A DNA stretch of 64,000 nt from contig CP075494.1 of NCBI GenBank assembly GCA_021613535.1, positions 310,001-374,000 on the forward strand. The letters run 5' to 3'. Position numbers and translations under genes: made by a program. Within the stretch, counting starts at the first letter, position 1. Every line of letters begins with the position of its first letter. This document shows, in pieces, positions 61,862 to 64,000 of this stretch. The notes below the pieces were generated by a model. The model was not told where the DNA came from. It ran no database searches and saw only the letters and a program-made list of their open reading frames with translations. Source of the DNA: Adineta vaga (taxonomy: Eukaryota > Animalia > Rotifera).

Positions 61862-63041
61862 ATGTGTGGTAAAACAAAATGCCGTGTTTTCATTTTTTGT
61901 GGGGTAACAATGATAATACCTGCGTACAATGTTTGGATTGGTTTAGCTAATATGGGAAAAGACAGCTGTCCGGCATATACAAATATCGGTATAAATCTAT
62001 TTGATCCAGATATCGGTAAAAATCTATTTGGTTCTGGGATATCGGAATTTTTTCTTATATGGTTTACCATTTGGATTACGTACGGTTTCAGAGCGAAAGG
62101 CATCACAGACAAAATTACCGAAACAGAAACCACAACAATTGATACAGTAACAGGTCGTGTTGAGACAAAATTTAAAAGGAGATCCTTAAGAAACACGCTT
62201 ATCGGTATGTCAGATGATGATTCTTCTGAATGCTATAATATCCTTGTTGTTATGAACACGCGCTTCTGATGTGTAAGTTTTAAGGTGAAGTTTTCTGGCT
62301 CCCCTCTCGTCGCAGTTCCCTCCATTATAGGCCCCTTTCGCCCTCCCCATTGCATACAACTGTACAATACAGGTAGGGTGGGTGTGGGTGTTTCTTCTTC
62401 CTTCACCGTCACCCACCCACAAGAAAAAACGAAAACATCGAGAAGTGCGCCGATGAGATAATGACAAGCTCTTTTAAAGTTTTTAAAAAATGCAAAGGAC
62501 AGTCGAGCAGAATGAACTCTCCGCAAAAAAGAAATTTCATAAAATTTTATTGACTTAAAAATATTGTAAATAAATTATTTGTTTTCAGTTGAAAATTCGG
62601 CAAAATCAGTGGTCTTCGTCTTCCATATTTAGACAAGATCTAGGTTGTTATTTTTTCTCTGTTTCAGCGTCTTAAAAAAAACTATACGTTGTTTTCTTAT
62701 TTATTAAAAACTTTAGAAAAGACGCAAAAACGGATCTGTCTCAGTAAGAAGCACATGTCTTCGCGTATTATCAGTCACAATTTTTTTTCTTGCAGAAAAA
62801 TACAAGTACGTCTTTTATTTTTTTAGTCTCGATTGTAGTCGCGCTCGTTGCTGCAAGTTATTTCTTTATTATCATCCATGAGATATTTATTATCTACAAA
62901 AGAGTACAACATCGTAATGGAAATGAACCAAACTATTGTGACCGTCTTCTCTACAACAGTGCATTTGCCTTACTAATTCTTTCATATATAATGATTATAG
63001 TTGTACCTATTTGGGCCTATTTGATAGAGAAAACACGTTGA
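61862..63041 (+). CDS. TMEM272-like small multi-pass membrane protein, possibly disrupted
   Basis: IG......CP in the first exon and NYCDRLLYNSAF in the last. A TGA at 62267 precedes the GTAAGT donor, which suggests a frameshift. Confidence 0.45.
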
Positions 63042-63448
63042 AAGCAAAGTGAATCGGCTTAGTCAAGCAATGATCAGAAATTTTAAATTATTGTTGCTGT
63101 GATAAGAAGTTTTTTTATATTGTTAACACATTCAATACGACGGATCCCACCCGTGGGACCGGCTATATTTTAGAAAGAAAATGAGTAGAAAAGCACTTTC
63201 TTTTTCTTTTTTTCTTCGGTCAGAAGATTATCTGTAGTATATCATATATTTTGTCGAGTCTTTCTTCAAACATTTATTATATAGAATGGGACTCATATCG
63301 CCATGTGTCTGAATAGTGCATCATTTAATGTGGCTACTCATTCTTTTGGTAGATGTAACCTGATGAAATTGTTAAGACCAATAAAAACTGAAGAATTCCC
63401 CACGGCTTCTTAAAATTTTAGGACGATACAATTACACGTCTATTTGTA

Positions 63449-63523
63449 TCTTGAGGATAGAGGGTGTGGGTGTCGGTGAAGAGATACTAACATCCTCACC
63501 CTCAATCCCACTCATACGCTCAA
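63449..63523. repeat. Telomere-hexamer palindrome
   Basis: TCTTGAGGATAGAGGGTGTGGGTG...CCTCACCCTCAATCCCACTCATACGCTCAA. Confidence 0.8.
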
Positions 63524-63674
63524 AAAAACGATAAAAAATAAGAAAACCCTTTTTTCCTAAACATAGTTGAATTCGTAATGATTAACCAAATTCGTATTCA
63601 TAATATTACTCAAGATTTGTAGATTTACTCTTAGCAATAAAACACTCTCGAATTCAGAAATTGTGGGTGGGTGG

Positions 63675-63891
63675 TAGGGATGTGCGGTGTCGAATAACGG
63701 AGCACTGACAAACACCGCCGATAAGTTCACTGTTCACTGATAGTTCACCGTCAGTATTTTACTGATCCTCGATGAACACTGACACCGATAGCACTGGAAC
63801 ACCAATGCTTTTTTTTATTACTGACCACTGATGCACTGATACTCTCGGTGCACTGATGATGTCAGCGGCGCTGATTTCACTGACACATCTA
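63675..63891. mobile_element. Probable hAT-type MITE with CACTGA subterminal motifs
   Basis: Ends TAGGGATGTG and CACATC-TA, with many internal CACTG/CACCG repeats. No clear TSD. Confidence 0.55.
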
Positions 63892-64000
63892 TGTTAATGT
63901 TTATGTTTATTGCTTGTAGTTCCTAGGCGGACCATCATGACATCTTTAATACGAAATATCGAAATATGTTGAATAGTTTTATCGGCTGAGAGACTAGATC

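Noticed and set aside
59499-62526. Short ORFs with HPHP/TPTP/GVGV/WVWV runs (also near 15079, 18144, 36736, 50921)
   Set aside because: They are translations of the telomere-type palindromes, not proteins.
2505-63523. TG-rich tracts as a real chromosome end or Athena retroelement
   Set aside because: The tracts are only 1-5 hexamers long, internal and paired as inverted arms. No reverse transcriptase ORF is present.
1-64000. Prokaryotic operon or defence-island reading of the ART/TPR/SDR genes; tRNA or rRNA genes
   Set aside because: Spliceosomal introns and GPCRs show the DNA is eukaryotic. No tRNA or rRNA was recognisable by eye.

Overview
AT-rich eukaryotic genomic DNA with short GT-AG introns. 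The gene content (orphan rhodopsin-like GPCRs, receiver-like/ADP-ribosyltransferase/TPR genes, two-TM Cys-rich repeat proteins, intronless bacterial-type enzymes) and TGTGGG/TGAGGG repeats point to a bdelloid rotifer; this is an inference. The window holds six GPCRs, a cathepsin L-like protease, three ART-TPR genes (one disrupted), a GC-rich bacterial-type SDR, a GH10-ricin xylanase, an LCCL membrane protein, a three-module membrane protein, two C2 paralogues, an RNF14-like RBR ligase, a Ubl fusion, many pseudogenes and several DNA-transposon remnants. The most striking unexplained structure is a family of about 25 short (40-160 bp) imperfect palindromes, TCTTGAGGGTGTGGG...spacer...CCCACACCCTCAAGA. 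They are built from telomere-type hexamers in end-to-end fusion orientation, lie almost one per intergenic interval and often sit just past stop codons. One copy lies exactly at the breakpoint of a truncated kelch gene. Other leads are an antimicrobial-peptide-like helix behind a furin site in the cathepsin propeptide, a concatenated three-subunit two-TM protein with mosaic repeats, and a possible Cyt-fold protein. All coordinates and splice models were read by eye.
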